The translations under genes were made by a program, and so were the position numbers. Of a DNA stretch of 64,000 nt, positions 30,512-40,936 are shown in pieces. Source of the DNA: an uncultured Gemmatimonadales bacterium (GTDB lineage Bacteria > Gemmatimonadota > Gemmatimonadetes > Longimicrobiales > RSA9); assembly GCA_963708135.1 (NCBI GenBank), contig OY970192.1, positions 1,344,001-1,408,000 of the forward strand, in the 5' to 3' direction. Positions within the stretch are counted from its first letter, which is position 1; every line of letters starts with the position of its first letter. The notes under the pieces are model-generated. The model did no database searches and was not told where the DNA came from. It saw only the letters and a list, made by a program, of their open reading frames with translations.

Positions 30512-31527
30512 TGGGGGGCCGCTCCACGCCTGACCGCGCGTCAGGCGCGACGCCCACCGTTTCGGCGACGCCGCCGCTCGCGCGCCACGCGGTCCCGGTG
30601 CTGCTCGCGCTGGTCACGCTCCTCGCCCCGCCGAGCCCGGCCGGCGCGCAGGAGGTGCGGACCGCGCTCTCGCCGGACTCGGCCACGGTCGGCGACGTGG
30701 TCGAGGTGGCGGTGCGGGTGCACCTGCCGCCGGGGTACCGCGTTGCGGCGCCCGATTCGCTGACGCTGCCGGAGACCCTCGAGAACGCCGGCCGCCGCCG
30801 GGTCCTCGACGAGGAGCGCCCGGACAGCTCGCTGCAGGTGACCTTCGTCTACCCGGTGACGCCGTGGCACCCGGGCAGGCAGGCGCTGCCGATCGTGCCG
30901 GTCAGGGTCGTCGGGCCCGGCGGCTTCGACCGGACGCTCCAGGCGGCGCTGCCGCCCCTCACCGTGCTGTCCGTGCTGCCGCGCGACACGACGGGAATCA
31001 AGCCCCGGCCGGCCCGCGGAGTGCTGGGCGCGAACCGGCTCCTCTGGCCCTACATCCTGGCCGCGCTGCTCCTGCTGCTCCTGCTCGCACTTCTCGCCTG
31101 GTGGCTGTGGCGGCGGCACCGCCGCCGCACCGCCGCGGTGCCGGTCATCCCGCTCCGCACGGCCCGCGAGCAGGCGCTCGAGGCGCTCGACCGCGTGCGC
31201 GAGGCGGGGCTGATCGCCGCGGGGGCGCACAAGGAGCACTACAGCCGGATCGCGGCCGCCGTGCGTACCTACCTGGCCACGCTGGATCCCGCCTGGGGCA
31301 CCGAGCGAACCACGTCCGAGCTGCTCCTCGGGATGCGCGCCGGGATGGATGCGGACGCGGTGCGTGAGCTGCGCCGGCTGCTCGGCTCGGCGGACCTGGT
31401 GAAATTCGCCCGCCACCGGCCTGACGCCGCCGAGGGGGAGGAGGCGTGGCGGGCCGCCCGTGCGTGGGTGCTGGCCTACCCGCCCGCCGCGAAGCCGCCC
31501 GAGCAGGTCACCGCGGAGGCGGCCTGA
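30508..31527 (+). CDS. Membrane protein of the Bat cluster (DUF4381-like)
   Basis: Signal-like N-terminus, single TM helix, TTSEL and ADLVKFA motifs. Start uncertain. Confidence 0.75.
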
Positions 31528-32513
31528 TGAGCTTCGGCTTCACGCATCCCTGGCTGCTCCTGCTCGTGCTCCCGCTGGCCGCGTTCCTCTGGTGGGCGAG
31601 GCGGGGGCCGCGCGCGGCGCTGGTCTTCTCGCGCGCTCCCGTGCTGGCACGCCTCGCCCGGCCGAGCGCCGCCTGGCTGGCGCGCGTGCCGGGGGTGTTC
31701 CGCACGCTCGGGGTGCTCGCGCTGATCCTGGCGCTCGCCGGTCCTCGAACCGGGATGTCCGCTGTGGACGTGCAGTCGGAGGGGATCGCCATCGTGCTCG
31801 CGCTCGACATCTCGAGCTCCATGCTGGCGGAGGATTTCCACCCGCGGAACCGGCTGGCGGTGGCCAAGCAGGTGGTGCACGACTTCGTGCAGGGGCGCAG
31901 GGAGGACCGGATCGGCCTCGTCGCCTTCGCCGGGGAGGCGCTGACGCAGGTGCCGATCACGGTGGACTACCAGGTCGTCTACCAGGCGCTCCAGCAGCTC
32001 GACGTGGGCGACCTCGAGGACGGCACGGCGATCGGCACGGCGATCGCCACGGCCGCCAACCGGCTGCGCAAGGCGCCGGGCAAGTCGAAGGTCATGATCC
32101 TCATGACGGACGGAGAGAACAACCGCGGCGAGATCGATCCATTGACGGCGGCCAAGGCGGCGGCCGCGTTCGGCGTGAAGATCTACACCATCGGGGTCGG
32201 CCGCGAGGGCGTGGCGCCGATCCCGGTGGCGCGGGGGCTGTTCGGCTACGAGTACGCCAACCTGCCCGTCCACATCGACGAGAACCTGCTGCGCAACATC
32301 GCCGGCACCACCGGCGGACAGTACTTCCGCGCGACCAGCGCGGCCGCCCTCGACAGCATCTACCACCGCATCGACACGCTCGAGCGCTCACCCGTCAAGG
32401 TGCACCGCTACGTGGACTTCACGCCGTGGACGCTGCCGTTCCTTCTCTTCGCCATGGGCATGCTGGTGGGCGAGTGGGGGCTCAGGGCCAGCCGCTGGGG
32501 ACGGGTGCCGTGA
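31527..32513 (+). CDS. batA: VWA-domain protein BatA
   Basis: F.HPWLL, LDISSSMLAEDF.PNRL, GTAIG, TDGENN.G. Confidence 0.9.
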   Translation: MSFGFTHPWLLLLVLPLAAFLWWARRGPRAALVFSRAPVLARLARPSAAWLARVPGVFRTLGVLALILALAGPRTGMSAVDVQSEGIAIVLALDISSSMLAEDFHPRNRLAVAKQVVHDFVQGRREDRIGLVAFAGEALTQVPITVDYQVVYQALQQLDVGDLEDGTAIGTAIATAANRLRKAPGKSKVMILMTDGENNRGEIDPLTAAKAAAAFGVKIYTIGVGREGVAPIPVARGLFGYEYANLPVHIDENLLRNIAGTTGGQYFRATSAAALDSIYHRIDTLERSPVKVHRYVDFTPWTLPFLLFAMGMLVGEWGLRASRWGRVP

Positions 32514-33589
32514 GCTTCGGGCGGCCGGTGCTGCTCTGGCTGGCGCTCGCGCTGCCGCTGGCGCTCGTGCTGGCCGTGCTCGCCTGGCAGCGGCGCAGGC
32601 GCGCCGTGGCACGCGCGCTCGGCGAATCCGCGCTCGTCCGCCGCCTCGGGGCGACGGGGATCGACCGCTTCCCCTGGCCGCGGCTGCTGCTGCTGGCGAT
32701 CGCGGGCGCGGCCCTCGGCCTGTCCGCCGCGGACCCGCGCTGGGGCACGGAAAGCGTGGAGACCCACGGACGCTCGCTCAGCATGGTGCTCGCGCTGGAC
32801 GTGTCCCGCTCGATGTACGCGCAGGACGTGAAGCCGGACCGGCTGGAGCGCGAGCGGATCATGTCGCGGATGCTGCTGCGCGAGCTGCCCGGGGACCGCA
32901 TCGGCGTCGTCGTCTTCGCGGGACGCGCCTACGTGCTCTCGCCCCTGACCGGGGACCACTCGGCGCTCGAGCTCTACCTGGATGCGCTCGGCCCCGACAT
33001 GGTCAGCCAGGGCGGCACCTCCCTCGCCTCCGCCATCGGCCAGGCCGTGGACCTCGTGCGCGAGCGCGCCAGCCCCGGCGCCGATCGCGTCGTCGTGCTC
33101 ATGACCGACGGAGAGGCGCTGGAGGACCAGGGGCAGGTCACGGATGCGGCCCGAAACGCGGCCTCTGCGGGCGTGACGATCGAGACCGTGGGGCTCGGCA
33201 CCACGGCCGGCGCGCCCGTGCCGGACGAGGATCCGACCTCCACGCCGCCGCGGGGGTACAAGCGGGATCCGGCAAGCGGACAGGTCGTGATCTCGCGCCT
33301 CGATCCCACGCTGCTGCAGCAGGTGGCGCGAATCACGCATGGAGACTACGTGCAGCTCGAGCAGCCGGGCGCGACCTCGGCGCTGCTGGCCACGCTCCGT
33401 GCCCTGCACCGCAGCGAGGGCCCGGCCGCGCGCCACCTGCAGCAGAAGGAGCAGTACGAATGGTTCGTCGCGATCTCTCTCGCCTGCCTCGCCCTCGATG
33501 CCCTGCTCGGCCGCGTGCGCGCGCGGCGCCAGGCCGCCACGCTGGCGCACGAACGGGTCGCGCCCGAGGCCGCGAGGGGGGAGGCGTGA
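32510..33589 (+). CDS. batB: VWA-domain protein BatB
   Basis: LDVSRSM.AQDVKP.RLER, DRIGVVVFAG, PLT.D, TDGE. Confidence 0.88.
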   Translation: MSFGRPVLLWLALALPLALVLAVLAWQRRRRAVARALGESALVRRLGATGIDRFPWPRLLLLAIAGAALGLSAADPRWGTESVETHGRSLSMVLALDVSRSMYAQDVKPDRLERERIMSRMLLRELPGDRIGVVVFAGRAYVLSPLTGDHSALELYLDALGPDMVSQGGTSLASAIGQAVDLVRERASPGADRVVVLMTDGEALEDQGQVTDAARNAASAGVTIETVGLGTTAGAPVPDEDPTSTPPRGYKRDPASGQVVISRLDPTLLQQVARITHGDYVQLEQPGATSALLATLRALHRSEGPAARHLQQKEQYEWFVAISLACLALDALLGRVRARRQAATLAHERVAPEAARGEA

Positions 33590-34293
33590 GCGTGCGTCGC
33601 CTGCTGCTGCTCGCCTCGCTGGCGGCCCTCGTCGGCTTCGGCATCGGCGACCTCGAGCGCGGCAACCGCCTCTACCGGGCCGGGCGCTTCTCGGAGGCCG
33701 TACAGGCGTACGAGCAGGCGCTGCACGACGGGGGCAGCTCCCCCGAGCTGCAGTACAACCTCGGGACGGCGCTGCTCCAGGTCGGCCGCTATGCGGAGGC
33801 GGAGCAACACCTGCGCGCGGCGCTTTCCGACGTCGATCCGGCGCTGCGACAGCGTGCCTTCTACAACCTGGGCAACCGCTTCCTCACCGATGCGCGCAAG
33901 GCGGAGGCGGGCAAGCAGGCGGGCCCACTCCTCGACAACGCCATCCAGTCCTACAAGCAGGCACTGCGCCTCGCGCCGGCGGACCGGCAGGCCAAGTGGA
34001 ACCTGGAGCTGGCCATCCGCGATCGCGACAAGCAGCGCCAGCAGCAGTCGCAGTCGGGCGGTGGTCAGTCCAACCAGCAGCAGCAGAGCAAGAGCAAGGG
34101 GCAGGGCGGCGGCGGTGGCGGCGCCCAGCAGCAGGGCGGGAGCAGCACGCAGGGCGGCGCGTCCGGCCAGCAGGGGCTGAGCAAGGAGCAGGCGGAGCGC
34201 ATCCTGGCGGCTGCGGATCAGGACGAGCGCCAGCTCTACCGGCAGCGGATGCAGAAGGGTCAGCGGGAGACCCGCGTCTCGCGGGACTGGTGA
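33586..34293 (+). CDS. batC: TPR protein BatC
   Basis: GNRLY, two YNLG TPR motifs, Gln/Gly-rich linker, C-terminal RDW. Confidence 0.85.
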   Translation: MSVRRLLLLASLAALVGFGIGDLERGNRLYRAGRFSEAVQAYEQALHDGGSSPELQYNLGTALLQVGRYAEAEQHLRAALSDVDPALRQRAFYNLGNRFLTDARKAEAGKQAGPLLDNAIQSYKQALRLAPADRQAKWNLELAIRDRDKQRQQQSQSGGGQSNQQQQSKSKGQGGGGGGAQQQGGSSTQGGASGQQGLSKEQAERILAAADQDERQLYRQRMQKGQRETRVSRDW

Positions 34294-34294
34294 C

Positions 34295-36775
34295 GTGTCC
34301 CGCTGCGCCGTCCTCCTGCTCGCGGTCCTGACTGCGGCCGCAGCCGCGCCCCGCCGCGGCACGGCCCAGCAGGACGACGTCCGGGTCGAGGCGTCGCTGT
34401 CCGAAACGGTGGTCCGCGCGGCCGAGACCTTCACGCTCGAAGTGAGCGTCAGCAGCCACGGCGGCGCGCCCGACGATATCGCGCCGCCGCCGCTCCCCCA
34501 GGGGCTGCAGGTGATCGGGACGCAGGATTTCTCCGAGTACCAGTTCTCCCTCCCGGGCGGCCGCACCCGGAGCGTGCGCCGCCAGTTCCAGGTGCTCGCG
34601 TCGGCGCCGGGCCGCTACGCCATTCCCCCCGTGGCCGTGACCATCGACGGGGTGCGCTACCACACGAACGCGCTGCTGCTCACGGTGAGGCCTGCCGCCG
34701 CGGCGTCGCGGGGCGGCGAGCGGGTGGGCTCGACCGGCCCCGGAGACGAGGTCGTCCTGAACGCCTGGCTCACCCCCGACACCGTCTGGGTCGGGCAGCA
34801 GGTGACCATGCGCGCGGAGGCGCTGTTCTCCGAGGACGTCCGGATGCGGCTCGGCAGCGTGCCCCAGTACCAGGCGCCGACGCCGTCCGGCTTCTGGACC
34901 TACGACCTCGGCGGTGGCGCGGGCGTCGAGCTCCGCTACGTCCACGGGCATCTCTACGAGGTCCAGACGTTCCGGCGCGCCTACTTCCCGCTCAGCGCCG
35001 GCAGGTTCGAGATCCCCCCGGCACAGCTCAGCTACGACGTGCGGCGGGGGTTCCTCGGATCACCCCAGACGCAGGAGCTGAAGAGCAATCCGCTGGCCGT
35101 GACGGTGCGGGCGCTGCCCGACGCGGGCCGGCCGGCCGACTTCGACGGCGCGGTCGGCGAGTACAGCGTGCGCGCCTGGATCCAGCCCGACCGCGTCTCG
35201 GCGGGCGAGGCCGCCACCCTGACCGTGGAGGTGCAGGGCGACGGCAACGTGAAGGCGCTGCCACCCCCGACCCTGCCCGCGCTCGCGGACGTTCAGGTCT
35301 ACCCCCCGACCGAGGAAGCGGAGGAGGACACCTCGGGCGCCGCGGTCTCCGGTGTCAAACGCTTCAGCTGGGTGATCGTCCCGACGCGGGAGGGCCCGCT
35401 CACCATTCCTTCCGTCCGCTACCCTTACTTCGACCCCGCCCACGCGCGCTACGATGTCGCGCGCAGCGGAGCGGTGGGGCTGCGCGTCGAGCACGGCGCC
35501 GCGGTGGCGGCCGCGGCCGGCCCGCTCCAGATCGCGGGACCCGCGCGTCGCCCCGCCGGCGACCCGCTCTCCTGGGTGCGATCCCCACTCTTCGCCATGC
35601 TTCAGGCGACGCCTCTGCTCGCCTTCGCCGGCGTGCTCCTCGTGCGTCGCCGCCGCCGCCCGCGCCGGCCCTCGCGCGCCGAGCTGCGGGGCGGGCGGAT
35701 GCGTGCGCTGGCCGCACTGCGCGAGCGGGACGACGACGGTGACCCGGAGGTGCTCCACGCGCTCGAGGAGCTGCTGCGCGCGCGGCTGGCCGCCTTTCTC
35801 GGGGATGCCGGGATCACCTCCCGCTCCCGCCAGGCACTCCTGCCGGCCCTGGAGGAGGCAGGCCTCTCTCCGGAGCTCGCCGCCGGCGCGGCGACGCTCG
35901 TGGCCCGGATCGACGAGGCGCGCTACCGCCCGGAGCCGCCCGGCGCGGACGAGCGCGCGGCTCTCATCGATCAGGTCGAGCACCTCCTCGAGGAGATCGA
36001 GGGAGGCTCGCCACGGCGCCTCCGCACCCGCGCCGGCGCGGGCCTCGTCGCGGCGCTCCTTCCGACCGCCGCGCTCGCGCTGGGAGGGCTGCGCGTCGCG
36101 AGCCCGGGCCCTCCGCCGGCCGCGGCCGCGGCCCCCGCCCCGGATGCGGCCTTCGGCCGCGGGATCGAGCGCTATGACGCCGGGGCGTACCGCGCGTCAG
36201 CGGCCGAGTTCGGCGCCTGGGTGCGGCGCCACCCGCGGGATGCCGCCGCCTGGTACGACCTGGGCAACGCATGGTACCGGCAGGGACGGCGGGGACGCGC
36301 CGTCTGGGCATGGCTGCGCGCCCTCGAGCTCGCGCCCCGGTCGCAGGATGCCCGCCGCAACCTGGCCGTGGCGGGGGTCGACCCGGCCGTGGTGAGTGCG
36401 GCGCTGCCGGCCGTGCCTCTCTCGCAGCGTGAGCTGCTGCTGCTCGCCTCGCTCGGCTGGCTGGTCGGCGGCTGCGCGCTGGCGGCGTTCGTGCTGCGCG
36501 GGCGCCGCGCCCTCCTCGGCGGCGGCGCGGCGGCGCTGGTGCTGGCCGCCGCGGCGCTCGCGGTGCTCGGCCTGGCCCGCATACGGCCCGACACGCGCGT
36601 GGTCCTCGAGGGGGCGCCGCTTCGCGTCGCGCCGGACATCCGCTCGGAGCGGCGCGGTGCGCTCGGGGCGGGCGCCGCCGTCCGGGCCGTGGAGAGCAGG
36701 GACGGCTGGGTCCGCGTCCGCGCGGGCGCCGGCGTGGAAGGTTGGATGGAATCCCCCGCGCTCGGCTCGCTCTGA
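34295..36775 (+). CDS. batD: BatD-family protein fused to a BatE-like TPR+SH3 module
   Basis: BatD repeats (F.GAVG.Y, G.GN, YFDP), then WYDLGNAWY TPR, TM helices and a C-terminal SH3-like W.RV...GW. Confidence 0.82.
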   Translation: MSRCAVLLLAVLTAAAAAPRRGTAQQDDVRVEASLSETVVRAAETFTLEVSVSSHGGAPDDIAPPPLPQGLQVIGTQDFSEYQFSLPGGRTRSVRRQFQVLASAPGRYAIPPVAVTIDGVRYHTNALLLTVRPAAAASRGGERVGSTGPGDEVVLNAWLTPDTVWVGQQVTMRAEALFSEDVRMRLGSVPQYQAPTPSGFWTYDLGGGAGVELRYVHGHLYEVQTFRRAYFPLSAGRFEIPPAQLSYDVRRGFLGSPQTQELKSNPLAVTVRALPDAGRPADFDGAVGEYSVRAWIQPDRVSAGEAATLTVEVQGDGNVKALPPPTLPALADVQVYPPTEEAEEDTSGAAVSGVKRFSWVIVPTREGPLTIPSVRYPYFDPAHARYDVARSGAVGLRVEHGAAVAAAAGPLQIAGPARRPAGDPLSWVRSPLFAMLQATPLLAFAGVLLVRRRRRPRRPSRAELRGGRMRALAALRERDDDGDPEVLHALEELLRARLAAFLGDAGITSRSRQALLPALEEAGLSPELAAGAATLVARIDEARYRPEPPGADERAALIDQVEHLLEEIEGGSPRRLRTRAGAGLVAALLPTAALALGGLRVASPGPPPAAAAAPAPDAAFGRGIERYDAGAYRASAAEFGAWVRRHPRDAAAWYDLGNAWYRQGRRGRAVWAWLRALELAPRSQDARRNLAVAGVDPAVVSAALPAVPLSQRELLLLASLGWLVGGCALAAFVLRGRRALLGGGAAALVLAAAALAVLGLARIRPDTRVVLEGAPLRVAPDIRSERRGALGAGAAVRAVESRDGWVRVRAGAGVEGWMESPALGSL

Positions 36776-36833
36776 TCTTGCGCGGGAAGTTCCACCCCCG
36801 CCCGGGCCGGCCGTCTCGACATGTGCGCCGCGC

Positions 36834-36862
36834 TTGACCGGCTTCGCGCCCGCCTGTACTCT
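36834..36862 (+). promoter_or_regulatory. Sigma70 promoter of upp
   Basis: TTGACC-17bp-TACTCT. Confidence 0.6.
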
Positions 36863-36901
36863 CCGCCCCGACAGGCGATCCCCCGGACCCGCGGACCGAC
36901 C

Positions 36902-37540
36902 ATGCGCGACTTCCCGAACCTCACGCTCATCGCCCATCCGCTGGTGCAGCACAAGCTCGCCGTGCTGCGCGACCGGCACACATCGAAGAAGACGTTCCGC
37001 GAGCTCGTGGACGAGATCGCGATGCTCATGGGCTACGAGGTGACGAAGGACCTTCCGCTGGAGACGGTCTCGATCGAGACGCCGCTCGAGCGGACGGAGG
37101 CCCACGTGGTCGGCGGCAAGAAGCTGGTGCTCGTTCCGATCCTGCGCGCCGGGCTCGGCATGGTCGAGGGCTTCCTGCGCCTCATGCCCGCCGTTCGCGT
37201 CGGCCACATCGGCCTCTACCGCGAGCACGACACGCTCCAGCCCGTGGCCTACTACTTCAAGATCCCGCCCGACCCCGAGGCCCGCGACTTCATCATCCTC
37301 GATCCCATGCTCGCCACCGGCGGCTCCGCCGCTGCCGCCATCCAGCAGCTCAAGGACAACGGCGCGTCCCGCGTCCGCCTCGTCTGCCTCGTGGCCGCGC
37401 CCGAAGGGATCCGCCACCTGAACGAGCTGCACCCGGACGTCCAGGTCTTCGCCGCCGCGCTCGACCGGGAGCTCGACCAGAACGGCTATATCCTGCCCGG
37501 CCTCGGGGACGCCGGCGACCGCCTTTTCGGCACACGCTGA
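36902..37540 (+). CDS. upp: Uracil phosphoribosyltransferase
   Basis: [42 protein letters not shown]. Confidence 0.97.
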   Translation: MRDFPNLTLIAHPLVQHKLAVLRDRHTSKKTFRELVDEIAMLMGYEVTKDLPLETVSIETPLERTEAHVVGGKKLVLVPILRAGLGMVEGFLRLMPAVRVGHIGLYREHDTLQPVAYYFKIPPDPEARDFIILDPMLATGGSAAAAIQQLKDNGASRVRLVCLVAAPEGIRHLNELHPDVQVFAAALDRELDQNGYILPGLGDAGDRLFGTR

Positions 37541-37604
37541 GCCGACATCAGGCCGCCGCGGCCCGTTGTTCGCCGTCGCTGGCGCCGCTACCTTTCGATC
37601 TCGC

Positions 37605-37678
37605 GGGCCCGTAGCTCAGTTGGTCAGAGCACCGGACTCATAATCCGAGGGTCGCAGGTTCGAGTCCTGCCGGGCCCA
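37605..37678 (+). tRNA. tRNA with CAT anticodon, probably tRNA-Ile2 (lysidine); CCA not encoded
   Basis: Acceptor GGGCCCG/CGGGCCC, anticodon loop CTCATAA, T-loop GGTTCGAG. G1-C72 excludes an initiator tRNA; C4-G69 and C5-G68 fit Ile2. Upstream TTGTTC-17bp-TACCTT. Confidence 0.88.
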
Positions 37679-37711
37679 TGACGCAATCGGGCGCAGTGAG
37701 GCCGTTGGCAC

Positions 37712-38512
37712 ATGACGTTCTGGCGCCGGGGCGGGAAGTCCGACGAGATGCCGTTCCTCGAGCATCTCGAGGAGTTGCGCTGGCGTATCATCTGGAGCCT
37801 GCTCGCGCTCGTGGCCGGCGCCCTCGCGGGCTTCTTCCTCGTCACCCACTTCGACGTGCTCGGGCTGCTCATCCGGCCCGTGCGCCCGTTCCTCCAGGGC
37901 GGCAAGCTCAAGTACCTCGGCCCGGCTGACCCCTTCTTCGTCACGCTGCACCTCGCCGTCATCACCGGCCTGCTGCTCGCGTTCCCCATCGTCGCCTACC
38001 AGATCTGGTCGTTCGTCTCGCCCGCGCTGCTGCCGGCCGAGAAGCGCGCCATCCTGCCCGCGCTCTACTTCGGACTCCTCCTGTTCGCCGGCGGGATGGC
38101 GCTGGCGTACTTCGGCGTGCTGCCGATCGCGCTGCGCTTCTTCAGCGGGTTCCAGCAGGCCGACCTCGAGCAGAACATTACCATCGACGCCTATCTCGCC
38201 CTCGTCCTCAAGCTGCTGCTCGGCTTCGGGCTGGTGTTCGAGACCCCCGTCGTCATGCTCGTGCTCGCTGCGCTCGGGATCGTCACCTCCAGCATGCTGC
38301 GGCGCACCCGGCCCTTTGCCATCGTCATCATCTTCGTCGTGGCCGCGCTGCTCACGCCGCCCGACGTCTTCTCCCAGATGCTCATGGCGCTGCCCCTGCT
38401 CGTCCTCTACGAGCTCAGCATCTGGATCGTCAAGATCACCGAGCGGCGGCGGGCCGCCTCCATCGCCGCCGCTGGCGACGACGAGCCGATCGAGCCGAGC
38501 GGCACCGCCTGA
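37712..38512 (+). CDS. tatC: Twin-arginine translocase subunit TatC
   Basis: EMPFLEHLEELR.R, YQIW.FV.PAL...EK, FETP, TPPD. Confidence 0.96.
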   Translation: MTFWRRGGKSDEMPFLEHLEELRWRIIWSLLALVAGALAGFFLVTHFDVLGLLIRPVRPFLQGGKLKYLGPADPFFVTLHLAVITGLLLAFPIVAYQIWSFVSPALLPAEKRAILPALYFGLLLFAGGMALAYFGVLPIALRFFSGFQQADLEQNITIDAYLALVLKLLLGFGLVFETPVVMLVLAALGIVTSSMLRRTRPFAIVIIFVVAALLTPPDVFSQMLMALPLLVLYELSIWIVKITERRRAASIAAAGDDEPIEPSGTA

Positions 38513-38525
38513 GCCGGTCCCGCCC

Positions 38526-39314
38526 TCAGCCCTCCACCTCCCGGGCTCCCGTCCCCGCCCGCTCCGCGTTCGCCCGCATCGCTCCCGCGACGTACTCCGC
38601 CAGGCCTTCCGCCCGCTTCTCGTAGGTCGCACGGAAGCGCGGGTCCGCCACGTACATTTCGCCCAGCGCCCGGTGCATGGATGGGCTGCACGGATAGAAC
38701 CACCGCTCGATGTGCTGCCGGTGCTCCTCCGCCGCGTCCATCGCCGCCTCGCTCTCCGGCGCCTCGCCCGACGCCTTGATCTCCGCCCAGCGCCCCATCT
38801 GCGCCTCCGTCTCCTCCTTGATCCGGGACCACTCCGCCTTCCCGTAGCCGCGGGTGCGCCGCGCCGACTCGCGGTACGCCTCCGTCTTCCCCCAGCGCTC
38901 CCGCACCTCCGCCTCGTGCTCGCCCGGGTCGAAGCTGTCGAAGCCCTCGAACATGCCGTTCACGTCCATCTCGGTCCCTCCTTCCAGGGTTTCCAGCGTC
39001 CGCTCCACGGCCCGCCGCACCGCGTCGAGTCTCCGGATCCGCTCCTCCAGCAGCGCACGCTGCGACTCCAGCGCCGCCCTCCGCTCGAACGCAGGGTCGT
39101 CCAGCAGCCGCCGGATCGAGTCCAGCGGGAACCCCAGCTCCCGGAACAGAAGGATCTGCTGCAGCCGCGCGAGCTCCGTCTCACCATAGCGCCGGTAGCC
39201 GTTGGCGCCGCGCTCCGCGGGGTGGAGCAGCCCCACCTCGTCGTAGTGGTGCAGCGTGCGCACGGTGACATGCGACATCGCGCTCACCTCGCCCACCGTC
39301 CACGGCCTGCTCAT
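38526..39314 (-). CDS. MerR-family regulator with TipAS effector domain (TipA-like)
   Basis: VTVRTLHHYDEVGLL, QILLFRELGFPL, E.RERWG.T.AY.ES, LGEMYV.D.RF. Confidence 0.92.
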   Translation of the reverse strand: MSRPWTVGEVSAMSHVTVRTLHHYDEVGLLHPAERGANGYRRYGETELARLQQILLFRELGFPLDSIRRLLDDPAFERRAALESQRALLEERIRRLDAVRRAVERTLETLEGGTEMDVNGMFEGFDSFDPGEHEAEVRERWGKTEAYRESARRTRGYGKAEWSRIKEETEAQMGRWAEIKASGEAPESEAAMDAAEEHRQHIERWFYPCSPSMHRALGEMYVADPRFRATYEKRAEGLAEYVAGAMRANAERAGTGAREVEG

Positions 39315-39357
39315 CGCGTCCTCCATCCCGTCCGGCGTTCCCGTGCCCGACCCTCCG

Positions 39358-39388
39358 ATGGTAATACCTCCCGTAACGTGAGGGTCAA
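39358..39388 (-). promoter_or_regulatory. MerR-type autoregulated promoter with operator dyad
   Basis: Minus strand TTGACC-19bp-TACCAT, containing the dyad CCTCACG-TTA-CGGGAGG. Confidence 0.85.
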
Positions 39389-39490
39389 GAGTCGGCTGGC
39401 GCGGCGCGGCGCACATCCGCATCATGCGGGAGCGCGGCCGCGATCCGCGCGCTCCCGTACATCTTCAGTCGGTCCGCACGGAGGTCCTGC

Positions 39491-40738
39491 ATGAGGGCGA
39501 TCCGCACCCGCCTGTCGGCGATGATGTTCCTCCAGTACTTCGTCTACGGCGCCTGGTTCGTCACCATGGCGACGTACCTGACGCAGACGCTGCACTTCTC
39601 CGGCTCGCAGGTGGGTACGTGGGTGTACGGCTCGCCGGCGCTGGCCGCGATCGTCTCGCCGTTCTTCGTGGGGATGGTGGCCGACCGGTTCTTCTCGACG
39701 GAGCGGGTGCTGGCTGTGCTGCACCTGGCGGGGGCGGCCCTCCTCTGGCTGGCCTCGATCCAGACGACGTTTCTGCCGTTCTATCTGGCGATCCTCGGCT
39801 ACACGCTCTGCTTCATGCCGACGCTGGCCCTGACGAACTCGCTCTCCTTCGACCACGTGAGCGACACCGCGCGCGACTTCCCGAAGATCCGGGTGCTCGG
39901 CACCATCGGCTGGATCGTGGCGGGGCTGATCATCGGCGGGATGCACTGGGATGCCACGGTGCTGCCGCTGCGCCTGGGTGCGGTCGCGTCCCTGGCCATG
40001 GCGCTCTACTGTCTGACGCTGCCGCACACGCCGCCGCACGCCGCCGGCAAGCCGCTCGGCGCGCGCGACGTGCTCGGGCTGGACGCCCTTTCGCTGCTGA
40101 AGGACCGCTCCTTTCTGATCTTCGTGCTCGGCTCGTTCCTGATCTGCATCCCGCTCCAGTTCTACTACACGTGGACGAATCCCTTCCTGAACGAGGTGGG
40201 GATGCAGGCGGCGGCGTCGAAGATGACGCTCGGGCAGGTCTGCGAGATTGGCTTCATGCTGCTCATGCCCTGGATGCTGGTGCGGCTCGGGGTGAAGCGG
40301 ATGCTGCTCCTGGGCATGGGCGCGTGGGTGTTCCGGTATGTGATGTTCGCCTTCGGCAACACCGGCTCGCTGGTGTGGATGCTCTATCTCGGCATCATCA
40401 TTCACGGCGTCTGCTACGACTTCTTCTTCGTCACGGGCCAGATCTACGTGGACCAGCAGGCCCATCAGCGCATCCGCGCCGCGGCGCAGGGCTTCATTGC
40501 GCTCGTGACGCTCGGGGCGGGGCAGTGGGTCGGCGCCCTGCTGGCCGGGCCGATCGCGCAACTCTACACGACGACCGGCCCGAACGGCATCCAGCACGAC
40601 TGGCGGGCCATCTGGCTCACGCCCGCCGCCATGGCGGCCGTGGTGCTCGTGCTGTTCGCGATCCTCTTCCGGCCGCGGGCGGCCCGCGCGCCCGTCAACG
40701 GTGCCGTGGGGGTCTCGCCGGTCGTGCCCGCCGCGTAG
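39491..40738 (+). CDS. MFS nucleoside:H+ symporter family (NupG/XapB-like)
   Basis: [42 protein letters not shown]. Confidence 0.9.
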   Translation: MRAIRTRLSAMMFLQYFVYGAWFVTMATYLTQTLHFSGSQVGTWVYGSPALAAIVSPFFVGMVADRFFSTERVLAVLHLAGAALLWLASIQTTFLPFYLAILGYTLCFMPTLALTNSLSFDHVSDTARDFPKIRVLGTIGWIVAGLIIGGMHWDATVLPLRLGAVASLAMALYCLTLPHTPPHAAGKPLGARDVLGLDALSLLKDRSFLIFVLGSFLICIPLQFYYTWTNPFLNEVGMQAAASKMTLGQVCEIGFMLLMPWMLVRLGVKRMLLLGMGAWVFRYVMFAFGNTGSLVWMLYLGIIIHGVCYDFFFVTGQIYVDQQAHQRIRAAAQGFIALVTLGAGQWVGALLAGPIAQLYTTTGPNGIQHDWRAIWLTPAAMAAVVLVLFAILFRPRAARAPVNGAVGVSPVVPAA

Positions 40739-40936
40739 CCGACCGCGCGCCGGCCTGCTCCGGACTTGCCAGACCCGAGCCCTTGAACCATCTTGGGGAC
40801 GTTGGTTCGCCTCACGGCCGCGCTCGCGGCACGGAGCAATCCTCCCGATGGCAGGTTGCGCACTCCCGCGCGGCCCTCTCCTGCGTTCCCCACCGCACCG
40901 CATCCTGCCCGGGCGTTCCCTCCTTCGGAGCAGTGT

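Noticed and set aside
37605..37678. Initiator tRNA-fMet
   Set aside because: It has a paired G1-C72 and lacks the three consecutive G-C pairs in the anticodon stem.
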